Notes: a model not told the origin generated them from the letters alone. A DNA stretch of 64,000 bases from the human T2T-CHM13v2.0 reference genome, Homo sapiens (GCA_009914755.4 CP086569.2:256001-320000), one strand, 5' to 3'. Counted from the stretch's first letter, positions 30,400 to 48,339 are shown. Translations and numbers: made by a program.

Positions 30400-30620
30400 C
30401 TGCATGGCTTAGAAACAATAAGACATTTACTGCTCACAGCTGTAGAGGCTGGGAAGTCTCAGATCAACGCGTGGTAGATTTGGTGTTTGGTGGGGAAAGT
30501 CCCAGATCAAGGCGTGGTAGATTTTGTGTTTGATGGGGACCTGTTTGCTCATTCATAGACGGTGCCATCAGGCTGTGTCCTCATATGGTGAAAGGGGTGA
30601 GGGAGCTCTCTGAGGTCCCC
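30400..30620 (+). mobile_element. Fragment of an old interspersed repeat with an internal 45-bp duplication (the same family as 63105-64000)
   Basis: gcttagaaacaataagacatttactgctcacagctgtagaggctgggaagtctcagatcaacgcgtggtagatttggtg is duplicated as aagtcccagatcaaggcgtggtagattttgtg. It resembles the common consensus ...gcttaaaacaacagaaatttattctctcacagttctggaggccagaagtc.gaaatcaaggtgtc. Confidence 0.5.
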
Positions 30621-30624
30621 CCTT

Positions 30625-31221
<597 letters not shown>

Positions 31222-32654
31222 TAATTTTTATAAAGGCACTAATCCCATTCATGAGGCTTCATCCTCACAATCTCATCACCTTCCAAAACTCTACTTCCTA
31301 ACACCATCACCTTAGCGGTTAGGGATTCAACATAGCAATTTGTCGGGGGAACACGACATTCAGTGTATACTGACCGTTGTTCTTCAAACACCTGCTAAAT
31401 TATAATTAATATCATTATGGGAGAACACCCTTACCATAGAATATTCCCACCACCAGGATCTCCGTGATATACCTTCCAACTCTGCAAAATAACAAAACAG
31501 CAAAACAACACAACGCAAACGGAATAAAACCCTTTTCTTTTGACTGAGTGCAGGGCAAGTTAGAAAACTCCCCAAAGATGAGTTTCTCCTCCTTTTTTTT
31601 TTTTTTTTTTTGAGTTATGAGCAGAAAAAGTTTGGACACTTTCGCAGAACTCAGAAACATATTAATTTTTCACGGCCTCGTAAGTCAAAAATGGCTTGTC
31701 CAATTTGCTTCAAACTTCGCAGCCTGATAGAAAGCCCCAGAACTTTCCAGCCAGAGAAGATATTTTGTCAGAGTTGGAAGGAGGTCAGAAGAGGGCATTA
31801 ATGTGGAGGATGTGAAGACCTGGGCCCCAACCCTTGATGGGCCTATCTGTAATTAGCTGGAGCCCTCCCCCGGATTTGGGGTTGACAGACGCTCAGGACA
31901 GCACGATGATCTCAAGGGCGTCAAAGGGCAAAGCTTCCCCATCAATGGCTCTGTTTGGAGAGGGAGTAGCTGGGGGAGTCAGGGACTCAGCGTGGGGCTC
32001 ACACCCTCTTTTACCGAGCACTTCTGATTTATATTATAAAAATCTCATTTTCAGAAAAAAAGAAGGGAGTTTTACATGGGATAGGGTGGTGTGAAATCAG
32101 CAAAAAGAAAACAAAACAAAACAAAAACGCTTTTCAGGAAAACGATGATGGATTTGGGTGGGGAGAGGGCAGAGCTCCTGGGACCTGATTACTGTTAATT
32201 TGTAATCCAGGGAGGTCCTGAGCCTGGTGAAATATTAATGCTTGAGAAAGGCCACTGTCTTCTGATTCTTTCTGTGCTTTTGGGACAATCCCAATGGATG
32301 CAACACACCCCCGCGTTGATTTATTTATGTTCACAGCATGGCCGAGGCAGCAGGAGACCCCAAGTTGTATTCAAAATATCCAAAAGGGGCTTTTCTTTTT
32401 CCCTTTGTTTATTCAAAATATTCAAAAAGAGCTTTTCTTTTTCCCTTTGTTTCCGCGATTTCTGCGCTGTTGGCTGAAAGTGCTCTGAGTTCACGCGCTA
32501 CGGGGGGTGACTTCCATTTCTGCAGACAGCAGCCTTGGGGATGGCCTGGCGAGGGCTAGGAATACCACACCCTGATCCCATTCTTCCTGGCTCAGTCCTG
32601 ACTGTGAGAGTCACGGTGGACTCTGGGTTTTTCGGTTTTTTTGTTTGTTTGTTT

Positions 32655-33340
32655 TTTTGTTTTTTGTTTTTTTTTTTTGACAGGGAGTCTCGCTCTGTCG
32701 CCCAGGCTGGAGTGCAGTGGTGCACCCTAGGCTCACTGCAACCTCCGACTCCTGGGTTCGATTCTACTGCCTCAGCCTCCCGAGTAGCTGAGACTACAGG
32801 CACCGGCCACCACGCCTGGCTAATTTTTTTTATTTTTTAAATAGAGATGTGGTTTTGCCGTGTTGGCCAGGCTGGTCTCGATCTCCTGATCTCAGGTGAT
32901 CCACCTGCCTCGGCCTCCTAAAGTGCTGGGATTATAGGCGTGAGACACCATGCCTGGCCTCTGAACTCTGTTTTAAGTTTTTTTTTTTTTTTAATTGAGG
33001 TGAGTTTCACGAAACATGCAATCAACCATTTTATTTTTATTACTTATGTATTTATTTTGAGACAGGGTCTCACTCTGCTGCCCAGGCTAGGGTGCACTGG
33101 TGCAATCACAGCTCACTGCAGCCTCAATGTCCTGGGCTCAGGTGATCCTCCTGCCTCAGCCTCCTGAGTAGGTGAGACCGTGGGCATGCCCCACCATGCC
33201 TGGCTAATTTTTGTATTATTACTATTTTCTTGGTAGAGACAGGGTCTCACTGTGTTGCCCAGGCCCATCTTGTACTCCTGGTCTCAAGCGATCCTCCTGC
33301 CTCGGCCTCCCAAAGTGCTGCAATTACACAGGTGAGGCAA
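32655..33340 (-). mobile_element. Two antisense Alus (32655-32950 and 33060-33340)
   Basis: gacagggagtctcgctctgtcgcccaggctggagtgcagtggtgcaccctaggctcactgcaacc... and gagacagggtctcactctgctgcccaggctagggtgcactggtgcaatcacagctcactgcagcc... Confidence 0.85.
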
Positions 33341-33584
33341 CGCAGCCAGCAACCCTTTCAAGCAGAAGGATTTGTTGGTATTTACTGAATTCACCTTGTT
33401 GTGGTAGCATATCATCTACATAATACCAGAATATTGTCATCCCTCAAAAACAGAGCCAGGAGAAGAACTGCCCATTTTCCCTCCCCATTCCCAGGCAACT
33501 CAAAATCTTCCTTCTGTCTCTATGGGTTTGCCTGTTCTACACATTTCGTATATGATGGGAATAGGCTTTTTTTTTTTTTTTTTT

Positions 33585-34593
<1,009 letters not shown>

Positions 34594-35284
34594 TAGACCT
34601 GGGGTTTTGCTATGTTGCTCCGGGTGCTCTCCAATTGCTGGGCTCAAGCAATCCTTCCACCTCAGCCTCCCAAAGTGCTGGGATTACAGGCACGAACCGT
34701 AGCACCCGACCGGCCTCTTTATACTATTTTGCAGGAACATTACCTTGCTTTCAGTGAGTGCAGTTCCCACGAAAAAGCCGCGAGTATGGAGAAGTTTGCC
34801 TAGAAAACTTAGGCAGTTACTCCTTTTAGATAATTTAACTTCAAAGTCGAAACAGGGCATCGCAGAAAGGATCTGAATTTAGAGGTATGTTTTATTGAAT
34901 CACTCAAGGCCTAGAAATAGAAATGATCAAAGGGTGTTTGCGAGCGTGCTTTCCAGCTTCTGAGGAGCTGAGCCCAGCTCACTAATGATGGCAATTGTGG
35001 TCATAGGTGACTCGCCCCCGAGCTGGGGGTGCCTCTGAGCGCCTCTGCCTTCCACCCTACTGGGGAGCAAGGCTGTGGGGCCACCTCTAATGATTGGTTG
35101 TTATTGTCTGAGGATATCTAGAAATTCAAGAGAGATCTACTTTATACTCTGGAAATGAAGAGCCTTTTGTATTCAGCAAAGGGATCGGTGTTGAGAGGGG
35201 GCTTCACGGGTGTACACCGTGGGGAGTATCCCTCCTGGGTTCCAAGCTCAGACAGGTGGCCCAAGACAAGATGTCTGGCTTTTT

Positions 35285-35685
<401 letters not shown>

Positions 35686-35939
35686 TTATTTTTAGTACAG
35701 ATGAGGCTTTTCTCTGTTGCCCAGGCTGAAGTGCAGTGACGTGATCAGGGTCCTTGCATTTTTTGTTTTGAGACAGGGTCTTGCTCTGTCGCTCAGGATG
35801 GACTGCAGGGATGTGATCCCAGCTCAGTGCAGCCTCAGCCTCCTGGGCTCAAGCCATACTCCTGCCTCAGCCTCCTGAGTAGCTGGACTACAGGTGTGTG
35901 CCAGTATGCCTGGCTGTTTTTTTCTAAATGATTTTTTTT

Positions 35940-37180
35940 GGTAGAGATGGGGTCTCACTATGTCTCCCAGGCTGAAGCTCTGTGGTGTGATCATAGCTCA
36001 CTGCAGCCTCGAACTCCTGAGCTCAACTGATCCTCCCACCTCAGCCTCCTGAAGTGCTGGGATTGGGGGGGTGAGCCACTGCACTCAGCCAACAGATAGA
36101 GATGGGGTCTCGCTATGTCTCCCAGGCTGAAGCTCTGTGGTGTCATCATAGCTCACTGTAGCCTCGAACTCCTGGGCTCAACTGATCCTCCCACCTCAGC
36201 CTCCTGAAGTGCTGGGATTAGGGGGGTGAGCCACTGCACTCAGCCAACAGATAGAGATGGGGTCTCGCTATGTCTCCCAGGCTGAAGCTCTGTGGTGTCA
36301 TCATAGCTCACTGTAGCCTCGAACTCCTGGGCTCAACTGATCCTCCCACCTCAGCCTCCTGAAGTGCTGGGATTAGGGGGGTGAGCCACTGCACTCAGCC
36401 AACAGATAGAGATGGGGTCTCGCTATGTCTCCCAGGCTGAAGCTCTGTGGTGTCATCATAGCTCACTGCAGCCTCGAACTCCTGAGCTCAACTGATCCTC
36501 CCACCTCAGCCTCCTGAAGTGCTGGGATTAGGGGGGTGAGCCACTGCACTCAGCCAACAGATAGAGATGGGGTCTCGCTATGTCTCCCAGGCTGAAGCTC
36601 TGTGGTGTCATCATAGCTCACTGCAGCCTCGAACTCCTGAGCTCAACTGATCCTCCCACCTCAGCCTCCTGAAGTGCTGGGATTACGGGTGTGAGCCACT
36701 GCACTCAGCCAACAGATAGAGATGGGGTCTCGCTATGTCTCCCAGGCTGAAGCTCTGTGGTGTCATCATAGCTCACTGCAGCCTCGAACTCCTGAGCTCA
36801 ACTGATCCTCCCACCTCAGCCTCCTGAAGTGCTGGGATTACGGGTGTGAGCCACTGCACTCAGCCAACAGATAGAGATGGGGTCTCGCTATGTCTCCCAG
36901 GCTGAAGCTCTGTGGTGTCATCATAGCTCACTGCAGCCTCGAACTCCTGAGCTCAACTGATCCTCCCACCTCAGCCTCCTGAAGTGCTGGGATTAGGGGG
37001 GTGAGCCACTGCACTCAGCCAACAGATAGAGATGGGGTCTCGCTATGTCTCCCAGGCTGAAGCTCTGTGGTGTCATCATAGCTCACTGCAGCCTCGAACT
37101 CCTGGGCTCAACTGATCCTCCCGCCTCAGACTCCTGAAGTGCTGGGATTAGGGGGGTGAGCCACTGCACTCAGCCAACAC
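35940..37180 (-). repeat. Tandem array of 8 near-identical copies of a 155-bp Alu-derived chimeric monomer. The monomer is the start of the antisense right arm fused, across the shared gatcctcccacctcagcctcc region, to the end of the antisense left arm.
   Basis: Unit agatagagatggggtctcgctatgtctcccaggctgaagctctgtggtgtcatcatagctcactgcagcctcgaactcctgagctcaactgatcctcccacctcagcctcctgaagtgctgggattaggggggtgagccactgcactcagccaacag. cagccaacag recurs at 36084, 36241 and 36396, then at 155-bp steps to 37171. Copies differ at only a few positions. Confidence 0.95.
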
Positions 37181-37321
37181 ATCTGTAAATATGCCTAAGG
37201 CATCTATACCGTAGTAGGTTTGCTACAAGGATCAAGCAAGATAGTGTTCTGGAAATACAAGCCTCACCCTTACGAAGCTGTTTCAGCAGGTGTAACAAAT
37301 GGCCGTTCACAGAGTGGCTCA

Positions 37322-37990
<669 letters not shown>

Positions 37991-38219
37991 TTCCTTTATC
38001 TTTTACAACTCCAGGACTTTAGCATAAGCCTACAAGTCCTCCCCCTTCTTTTAAGATTTTTTTCCTCTTCAATTTCACTCAGCTGAGAGAAAGGGGAGAC
38101 CCCCCCTCCCTTTTCACCAAACACCTACTCATTTTCCCAAGCTGTACCCACCATACTCACAGCAAATTTCATTTAGGATAGACATTTTATTTTATTTATT
38201 TTTATTTTCATTTTTTTGA

Positions 38220-38327
<108 letters not shown>

Positions 38328-38616
38328 TAGCTGGGATGACAGGTGCACGTCAACCTCAGCCCACAAGGTGGCCCAAGGCACACGGAGTTCACATTGTACC
38401 CACCATGGGTCGAAGGTGGGCGTCTGATTCCTCCTGAAGGGTGGGGAGCTGTGATGTGAACAGGCCACTTCAATGGGACAGGCGTGATCTCCATTTGGGA
38501 CTAAATACAAGCCCATGGAGGGTCCACAGAGCACCAAGGGAAGCTGGCATTTCAAAACATCTGCCTCGTTTGTCTAAACCACACCACACCACACACCACT
38601 CTGGGGTCTGTTTGGC

Positions 38617-38915
38617 CACAGAGAATCCTCTAGCCCCAAATGTCAGCAGAGCTGAGGCTGAGAGACACTGACTGAGGGACTCTATCTATCATCTGTCAAT
38701 CAATCAATCAATCATCTATCTGTCTATCCATTATCTATCTATTTATCCACCTATCATCTATCTATCTATCATCTATCTCTCTCTCATCCGTCCATCCATC
38801 GTCTATTCTATCTGTCATCTATGTATCTATCCATCTAGTCATCCATCTATCTATCCTGTGTGTATTTATCCATTCTATGTATCTATCTATGTATCTATCT
38901 ATGTATCTATCTATG

Positions 38916-38960
<45 letters not shown>

Positions 38961-39620
38961 GTCATCTATGTATCTATCCATCTATTCATCCATCTATCCT
39001 GTATGTATTTGTCCATCCATCCATCCATCTATTCTATCATCTATCTTCATCTATGTATCTATCCATCTATTCATCCATCTATCCTGCATGTATTTATCTA
39101 TCCATCATCCATCTATTCTATCATCTATCATCTATGTATCTATCCATCTATTCATCCATCTATCCTGCATGTATTTATCTATCCATCCATCCATCTATTC
39201 TATCATCTATCTATCATCTATGTATCTATCCACCTATTCATCCATCTATCTTGTATGTATTCATCCATCCATCCATCTATTCTATTATCTATCTATCATC
39301 TATTCATCCATCTATCTATCCTGCATGTATTTATCTATCCATCCATCCATCCATCTATTCTATCATCTATCTGTCTTCTATGTATCTATCCATCTATTCA
39401 TCCATCTTGTATGTATTTATCCATCCATGCATCTACTCAACCATCCCTCCTCTATTTATCATCTCTATCATCTGTAAGTCAATCAGTTTATCCATCATCT
39501 ATCAATCACCCACATCTATCTTTATTATCTATCACCTGTCTATTTATCTATCTATCCTGTATGTATTTATCCATCCATCCATCCCTCCATCCATCCATTC
39601 CCTGTCTATCTCTATCATAT
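38617..39620 (+). repeat. Module copy 1: junction (38617-38682), then a (TCTA/TCCA/TCAT)n GATA-type array (38683-39620, about 940 bp)
   Basis: cacagagaatcctctagccccaaatgtcagcagagctgaggctgagagacactgactgagggactctatctatcatctgtcaatcaatcaatcaatc, then hundreds of tcta/tcca/tcat tetramers. Confidence 0.9.
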
Positions 39621-39669
39621 AGAGAAAAATGGCAGCCGCGTCCACACTGGCCTCAGAACTCTCTGGTGA

Positions 39670-40010
<341 letters not shown>

Positions 40011-40399
40011 ACGTCACTTTTCTTTGAATAGTTTAGATCAAACCGCACCAACTGTATGTGACTTTGTTATATCTTTTATTATATGTATAACAGAAATACA
40101 TAGTTATATGTGTTGTATTTGGAAGTGTATCACTGAATGTGGTTCTGAGGACCTTGGGGAATTATTTAATTTAATTTAATTAATTTATTGTAGAGATGGG
40201 GTGTCATGAGGTTGCTCAGACTGATCTCAAACTTCTGGGCTCAAGGGATCCTCCCTTCTCGGCCTCCTAAAGTGCTGGGATTACAAGTGGGAGCCACTGT
40301 GCCTGGCAGGGGGATTATTTTAAATGCTTCCTAAGCAAAATAAATAATGCATGAGACACTTACTGCATCTGCTCCTCAAATTCCTTCCAAAAGTGCTTT

Positions 40400-40970
<571 letters not shown>

Positions 40971-40974
40971 ACTC

Positions 40975-41650
40975 TCATTGTTCAACTCCCACTTAGGAGT
41001 AAGAACTTGCGGTGTTTGGTTTTCTGTTCCTGTGTGAGTTTGCTGAGAATGATGGTTTCCAGCTTCGTCCATGTCCCTGCAAATGACAGGAGCTCACCCT
41101 TTTTCATGGCTGCATAGTATTCCATGGTGTCTGTGTGCCACATTTTCTTTATCCAGTCTATCATTGATGGGCATTTGGGTTGGTCCCAAGTCTTTTGCTA
41201 TTCCCAGCAGGTTTTCAAAGCCCGTCGTCTTTGCTTAGCGTGCACCATGATGTCGGCTCTCTGAATTCACCGTCTTTCTAGATGAGTCCCAGAGTTTTTC
41301 TTCATCACTCAGTATTTGGCAACAGGGAAGTTTTTCTAAGCAAGTCAACCCATCAATGATAGACTGGATAAAGAAAATGTGGCACATAGACACCATGGAA
41401 TACTATGCAGCCATCAAAAAGGATGAGTTCATGTCGTTTGCAGGGACATGGATGAAGCTGGAATCCATCATTCTCAGCAAACTCACACAGGAACAGAAAA
41501 CCAAACACTGCATGTTCTCACTCCTAAGTGGGAGGTGAACAATGAGAACACATGGACACAGGAAGGGGAACATCACACACCGGGGCCTGTCGAGGGCTGT
41601 GGGGCTGTGGAAGGGATTGCATTAGGAGAAATTCTCACCATCTATGAACC
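40975..41650. mobile_element. Inverted pair of L1 ORF2 3'-terminal fragments: antisense at 40975-41180 and sense at 41345-41650, separated by about 165 bp
   Basis: Antisense: ...tcatggctgcatagtattccatggtgtctgtgtgccacattttctttatccagtctatcattgatgggcatttgggttggt. Sense: caacccatcaatgatagactggataaagaaaatgtggcacatagacaccatggaatactatgcagccatcaaaaaggatgagttcatgtcgtttgcagggacatggatgaagctggaatccatcattctcagcaaactcacacaggaacagaaaaccaaacactgcatgttctcactcctaagtgggag. Both encode the ...IDWIKKMWHI[DT]TMEYYAA.KK.E..SFAGTW.KLE.IILSKLTQEQKTKH peptides. Confidence 0.9.
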
Positions 41651-42360
41651 CCTCATTTCCTCATCGGGAAAAATGTACCTGAAAATAGCGCCTGCCTCTG
41701 CGTGTTGTGGTAAGGAAGCAATGCCATTATTTATGTCTCATTTATGTCTCATGCTGTGGCTTGAGACTGTGTCTGTTTATGCTGCTCTGGTTTGTGGTGG
41801 AGGCTGCCGTCTGTCAGCCTCTGCACCTGCCGTCTGTCAGCCTCTGCACCTGCTCTGAAGTTTTCCTCTCGGTGGTACCCACCCATCATCCTGCTGCCCT
41901 TGAGTTCCCAGGAGCCCACAGGAGCTGCACTTTCTCCAGGCCTTTTGCCGGTGGAGCTGCCTCTTGGAATGTGCGTCTCCATCCGATGCACTCTGTTTTC
42001 GTGTGAAAATCCATGGGAATAAAAAGGCTCTTTTTGTGCTGAAAAATTGAGCCCAGGGGTTCAGCCAGCAGAGGACTCTGTGGGTATAAATATGAATGGA
42101 GAGGATTCTAAATATATAGCAGAGCAGAAGTCAGATGTTTGTGGAGAGGTGAAACGGCCTGGCCAGGTTCTTGGAACTTTAGAAATGAGGATGGCTTCCG
42201 GGGGAATTGGGGAGCGACTGTTCTCAAGTGGGGATGAACATGCACCCCGACGGACACTCGGCACTGTCTGGGGCAGTTCTGGGTGTCGTAACTGGGAGGG
42301 GGGTGCTCCTGGCACCTGGTTTGTGGAGCCCGGGGATGCTGCTCACCACCTTACAGTGAC

Positions 42361-43020
42361 CACAGAGAATCCTCCAGCCCCAAATGTCAGCAGAGGTGAG
42401 GCTGAGAGACACTATCTGAGGGACTCTATCTATCATCTGTCAATCAATCAATCCATCTCTCAATCTATTATCTATCTATCTATCTATCTACCCACCTATC
42501 ATCTATCATCTATCTATGTATCTATGTATCTATCTACCTATCATCTATCTATCTATCATCTATCTATGTATCTATCTATCTATCTATTATCTATCTATCC
42601 ACCTATCATCTATCTATAATCTCTCTCTCTCCCAATCATCCATCTATCCATCCATCCATCCATCTATCCATGTATCCATTATCTATCATACATCTATCTA
42701 TTCATCCATCCATCATCTATCATCTCTATCATCTATAAATCAATTTATCCATCATCTGTCATTCATCCATCCATCACCCATCTTTATTATCTATCATCTA
42801 TCTATCCATCTATCATTCATCTATCATCTACCCATCCATTACCTATCTATCTCTATCATATATAAATCAATCATCTATCATCCACCAATCTACCTATTTA
42901 TCTATATCTGTCTATCTACCTTTATCTATTATCTATCATCAATCTTTATTATCTATCATCTATCTACAGATCTATTTATTGACCCATTATCTATCTATTA
43001 TCTATCTACCTATCTAATCT
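42361..43020 (+). repeat. Module copy 2: junction (42361-42425), then a GATA-type (TCTA/TCAT/TCCA)n array (42426-43020)
   Basis: cacagagaatcctccagccccaaatgtcagcagaggtgaggctgagagacactatctgagggactctatctatcatctgtcaatcaatcaatc is near-identical to 38617-38700. Confidence 0.9.
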
Positions 43021-43149
43021 GTGCTTTTCAGCTGCTGCCGATTGTCTCCTCTGAGGACACTTTGTCAGTCTCTGGGGACACTTTTGGTTGTCTGGATTGT
43101 GGAGTGAGGGTGCTCCTGGATTGGGAGTGAGGGTGCTTCTGGTCGCTGG

Positions 43150-44820
43150 TGGGTGAAGCCCAGGGACACTGCTCAACACCCTACAGTGCACAGATCAGCC
43201 CCACCAGAGAGAATCGTCCAGTCCCATGTGTCAGAAGTACCAGGGCTGAAAGACACTGCCTGAGGCTGAGACAATCTCTGTTTGTCCATCTATCACCTAT
43301 CAGTGATCTATCAGTCAATTATCTACCTATTAACTGTCTATATCAATTATCTGTCATACCTATCAATCAGCTATCAATCATTAATCATCTGTCTATATCA
43401 ATTATCCATCATACCTATCAATCAGCTATCATCAATCATCTATCTATACTAATTATCCATCATACATATCAATCAACTAACAATCATCAATCATCAAGCA
43501 TCTATATCAATTATCCATCAAACCTATCAATCATATATCATCAATCATCTATCTGTGTGAATTATCCATCATACCTATCAATCAGCTATCAATCGTCAAT
43601 CATATATATCAATTATCCATCATACCTATCAACCATCTATCAATCATCAATCATCTATATCAATTATCTGTCATACCTATTAATCATCAATCATCTATAT
43701 CAATTATCCATCATACTTATCAATCAACCATCTATCTATATGAATTATCCATCATATCTATCAATCAACTACCTATCATCAATCTATATCAATTATCCAT
43801 CACACCTATCGATCAGCTATCTATCAATCATCAATCATCTATATCAATTATCCATCACACCTATCAATCAACTATTTGTCAATTATCAATCATCTATATC
43901 AATTATGCATCATACCTATTAACTATCATCAATCATCTATCTATATGAATTATCCATCATACCTATCAATCAACTACCTATCAATCTATATCAATTATCC
44001 ATCACACCTATCAATCAACTATTTATCAATTATCAATCATCTATATCAATTATGCATCATACCTATCAACTATCTATCATCAATCATCTATATCAATTAT
44101 CCATCATACCTATCAATCAGCTATCAATCGTCAATCATATATATCAATTATCCATCATACCTATCAACCATCTATCAATCATCAATCATCTATCTATATC
44201 AATTATCTGTCATACCTATTAATCATCAATCATCTATATCAATTATCCATCATACTTATCAATCAACCATCTATCTATATGAATTATCCATCATATCTAT
44301 CAATCAACTACCTATCATCAATCTATATCAATTATCCGTCACACCTATCGATCAGCTATCTATCAATCATCAATCATCTATATCAATTATCCATCACACC
44401 TATCAATCAACTATTTGTCAATTATCAATCATCTATATCAATTATGCATCATACCTATCAACTATCATCAATCATCTATCTATATGAATTATCCATCATA
44501 CCTATCAATCAACTACCTATCAATCTATATCAATTATCCATCACACCTATCAATCAACTATTTATCAATTATCAATCATCTATTTATATCAATTATGCAT
44601 CATACCTATCAACTATCTATCATCAATCATCTATATCAATTATCCATCATACCTATCAATCAGCTATCAATCATCAATCCTTGATCTATATCATTTATGC
44701 ATCAATCATCAATCATCTGTATCAATTATCAATCATCTATTTACCTATCAAATCAACAATCTATCATCTTTCATCATATCTATCAATTGTCCATCAGTCA
44801 GTTATCTACCTGTCTATTCA
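43150..44820 (+). repeat. Module copy 3 (most diverged): pre-junction (43150-43202), junction (43203-43270), then a TATCAAT-rich array (43275-44820) with about 55-bp units in a higher-order repeat of about 540 bp (about 2.8 copies)
   Basis: ctcaacaccctacagtgcacagatcagccccaccagagagaatcgtccagtcccatgtgtcagaagtaccagggctgaaagacactgcctgaggctgagac. The array unit is tatatcaattatccatcatacctatcaatca.ctatcaatcatcaatcatc. The block ctatcaatcagctatcaatcgtcaatcatatatatcaattatccatcatacctatcaaccatctatcaatcatcaatcatc recurs at about 43565 and about 44105. Confidence 0.9.
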
Positions 44821-44866
44821 ATGGTTTGCAAACAGGATGATTTTCTTTTTTTGAGAAGAGGTCTCA

Positions 44867-45160
<294 letters not shown>

Positions 45161-45407
45161 ATTAAAAATAAAAAATAAAATCTTCATTTTGTCCTGAGTT
45201 GAAACTGAAGGGCCGGCATCGTGCTTCCCAAAGATGTCCTGTTTTATGCTGGAGGTGGCAGTTTCTTGTATTTGCAGATATGTGTGAAAAACCAGACCTT
45301 GGCAATGACCTTGACAATAGGCGGTAAATAACTCCCAGATGCTTAGTGTTCCAATAATGGAACGCTAGGCATCGATAGGTTTAAGCCCCCTATGATTTTA
45401 GCACTGA

Positions 45408-46404
<997 letters not shown>

Positions 46405-46839
46405 TTATTTCAGGATTTCTTTACGTTGCTGTGAAAACCTGGATGTTGGGGGCTCTGTCTGTGTATCGTAGACGGAGTTTTGAATTGCTCCAGTGAAACA
46501 CAAGTATTTTACCTTACGCTGTCAACCTGCTGGGGGAAGCGTGAAGACAGTTTAACCTTCTGGCTCCGGTAATCATCTTGTCTCAGAGACCTCGGAGAGC
46601 TCCCAGAGCCTGGCTGCCACGGTGGTTCTATATACCCTCCAGCCCTGGCCTGCCTTGGGACACCCCTCTCCGCCTGCCGGCCCCAGAATTTCCCCACACA
46701 CGCGGTCATCACAGCCCGAGATGTTTAATGACGGCTTCATGCACCAGGCTATTGCCCTAAACACGGGTGACAGGCCAAACACACACTAATTACCTAACTC
46801 AATTCAAGCCCGCCTGGCCCCGTGGAAAGGCTGAGCTGG

Positions 46840-48140
46840 GGATGCACGCAGGTGCCCCGTCGTTACCTCCGGATGTCAAATTGAAGTGAGGTTTTCCCGC
46901 ATGAGCGGGGAGAGCTGTTTCTACGCACCAAGATTTCCACGGTTTGCAGGAGAAAGAGTTTTGTGTCTGCCCTCTGGACAGCCCTGTCAGTTTTATCAAG
47001 CGTGTCTGATTAAGGAATATTTAAAGGTATGTGTTCAGAAGCGTTTCTCCCCTTCTTTTGTGTGTGTGTGTGGCCATGTTTAAAAAAAACAAATGTAAAA
47101 CCAGTTACAGGCAAAGTAGGCTAGTTTGGTGCTGAAATAACGCCGTCGTTCATGAGCCGGCTTAAATAATGCAGTTGTTAGAAACCAGCTCTCAAAGCTG
47201 TGGGTTGGCTGAGGAGGGTTAGTACGAGGTCCTGACCCCAAACCTGTGTGTATCTGGAGCCGGCGGGAGACATTTGGCCTGGAGTATGAGGCTGGCTGGA
47301 CCTGGAAGGTCCTCAGCGTTAGAGGGACTGTTTCGGGAAGGTTTTCTGGCAGCTGAGTCCCAATTCCAGGAGGAAGTAGGCATTGAGTAGATAATTTCAG
47401 CTCCCCCATTGAAGCCGTCCAGCCTGCAGAGAAAGATAGCAGTGGCCCCCTGCCCTATCCCGGCAAAGCTGACCCCGAGAATGCCCGGGTCACAAGCCCA
47501 GGTGGACAGTGTCTCCTTGTGCCTCGGAAGAGAATTCTGCATTAGGAAGGAATCCAGGGGGAATGGGGAGAAAAGGCCCGAGATACGTGAGCAGAGGTGA
47601 GAGCCGTGCCAGGGCTGAGCCACGCTTCAGGAGAGACCAGCTACGTCTCTCTCTGTGTTGGGAGCCGTTGGGTAAAGCGGGGACTTCTGGGTGAGCCAAC
47701 ATTACAGACTTATATGGGGATTTAAGGCTCGGTTAAATATGCCCCTCAAAAAAGTTTCCTGACTTTTTTTGATACGCCAGTTTCATTATCAGGGGGCTCA
47801 TCAGCCGGGGACGCGGTGCAGGACGGATGGAAGCCGTGGGCCGTGTCAACTCTACAGGGCTGTATTTCTTTTTTTTTTTCGTGCTCATTACGATTCTTGG
47901 ATGTGTGTAATTTACATCTAAATGCACTGACTAATTTTGATCCAATCATGTCAAAAATGATAGGTACTGTGTGGGAGGAGATGACAGCCGTACCAGCGCG
48001 CGTTGCCAGAGTGAGAGTCCCTCGGGGCAATGATTTAATGCCCCCAGTCAGCCGGGCCTGTCAGCTTCGGAGGCCAAATTATGACACATCATGTCGACGA
48101 CCGGTCCACACGGAGGCTGCGGTGGGGGGAGCCCTGGTTC
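46840..48140. promoter_or_regulatory. Candidate conserved non-coding elements: two unique AT-rich islands (46840-47060 and 47870-48140) with retained CpGs and homeodomain/TALE-type motifs
   Basis: tgtctgattaaggaatatttaaaggtatgtg ; gtgtgtaatttacatctaaatgcactgactaattttgatccaatcatgtcaaaaatgataggtactgtgtgggaggagatgacagccgtaccagcgcgcgttgcc ... catgtcgacgaccggtccacacgg. TAAT/ATTA, TGATNNAT-like and TGACAG motifs are present. CpGs survive in an AT-rich context. Confidence 0.3.
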
Positions 48141-48339
48141 ACCCAGCACTGTCCTGGCCGACCCCCGGCCCCGGCTGCCGCCCCGTGCCCCGTCACACAC
48201 GCAAGATGCAGAGTGGGGAGAAATGATGCGCTAACCCCCCTGTAAAAGAGTCATTTGCATCTGTATTTTTTACTCCAGCAAGGGCATGTCAGGTGTTTGC
48301 GGGAAGGGCAGGCTGGACGGCCTCCATGCAGCGTGAGCG

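Noticed and set aside
42047-42619. 190-aa ORF MSPGVQPAEDSVGINMNGEDSKY... as a candidate exon
   Set aside because: Its second half is a translation of the junction and GATA array. The first half has no recognisable domain and no flanking splice signals. There is not enough support.
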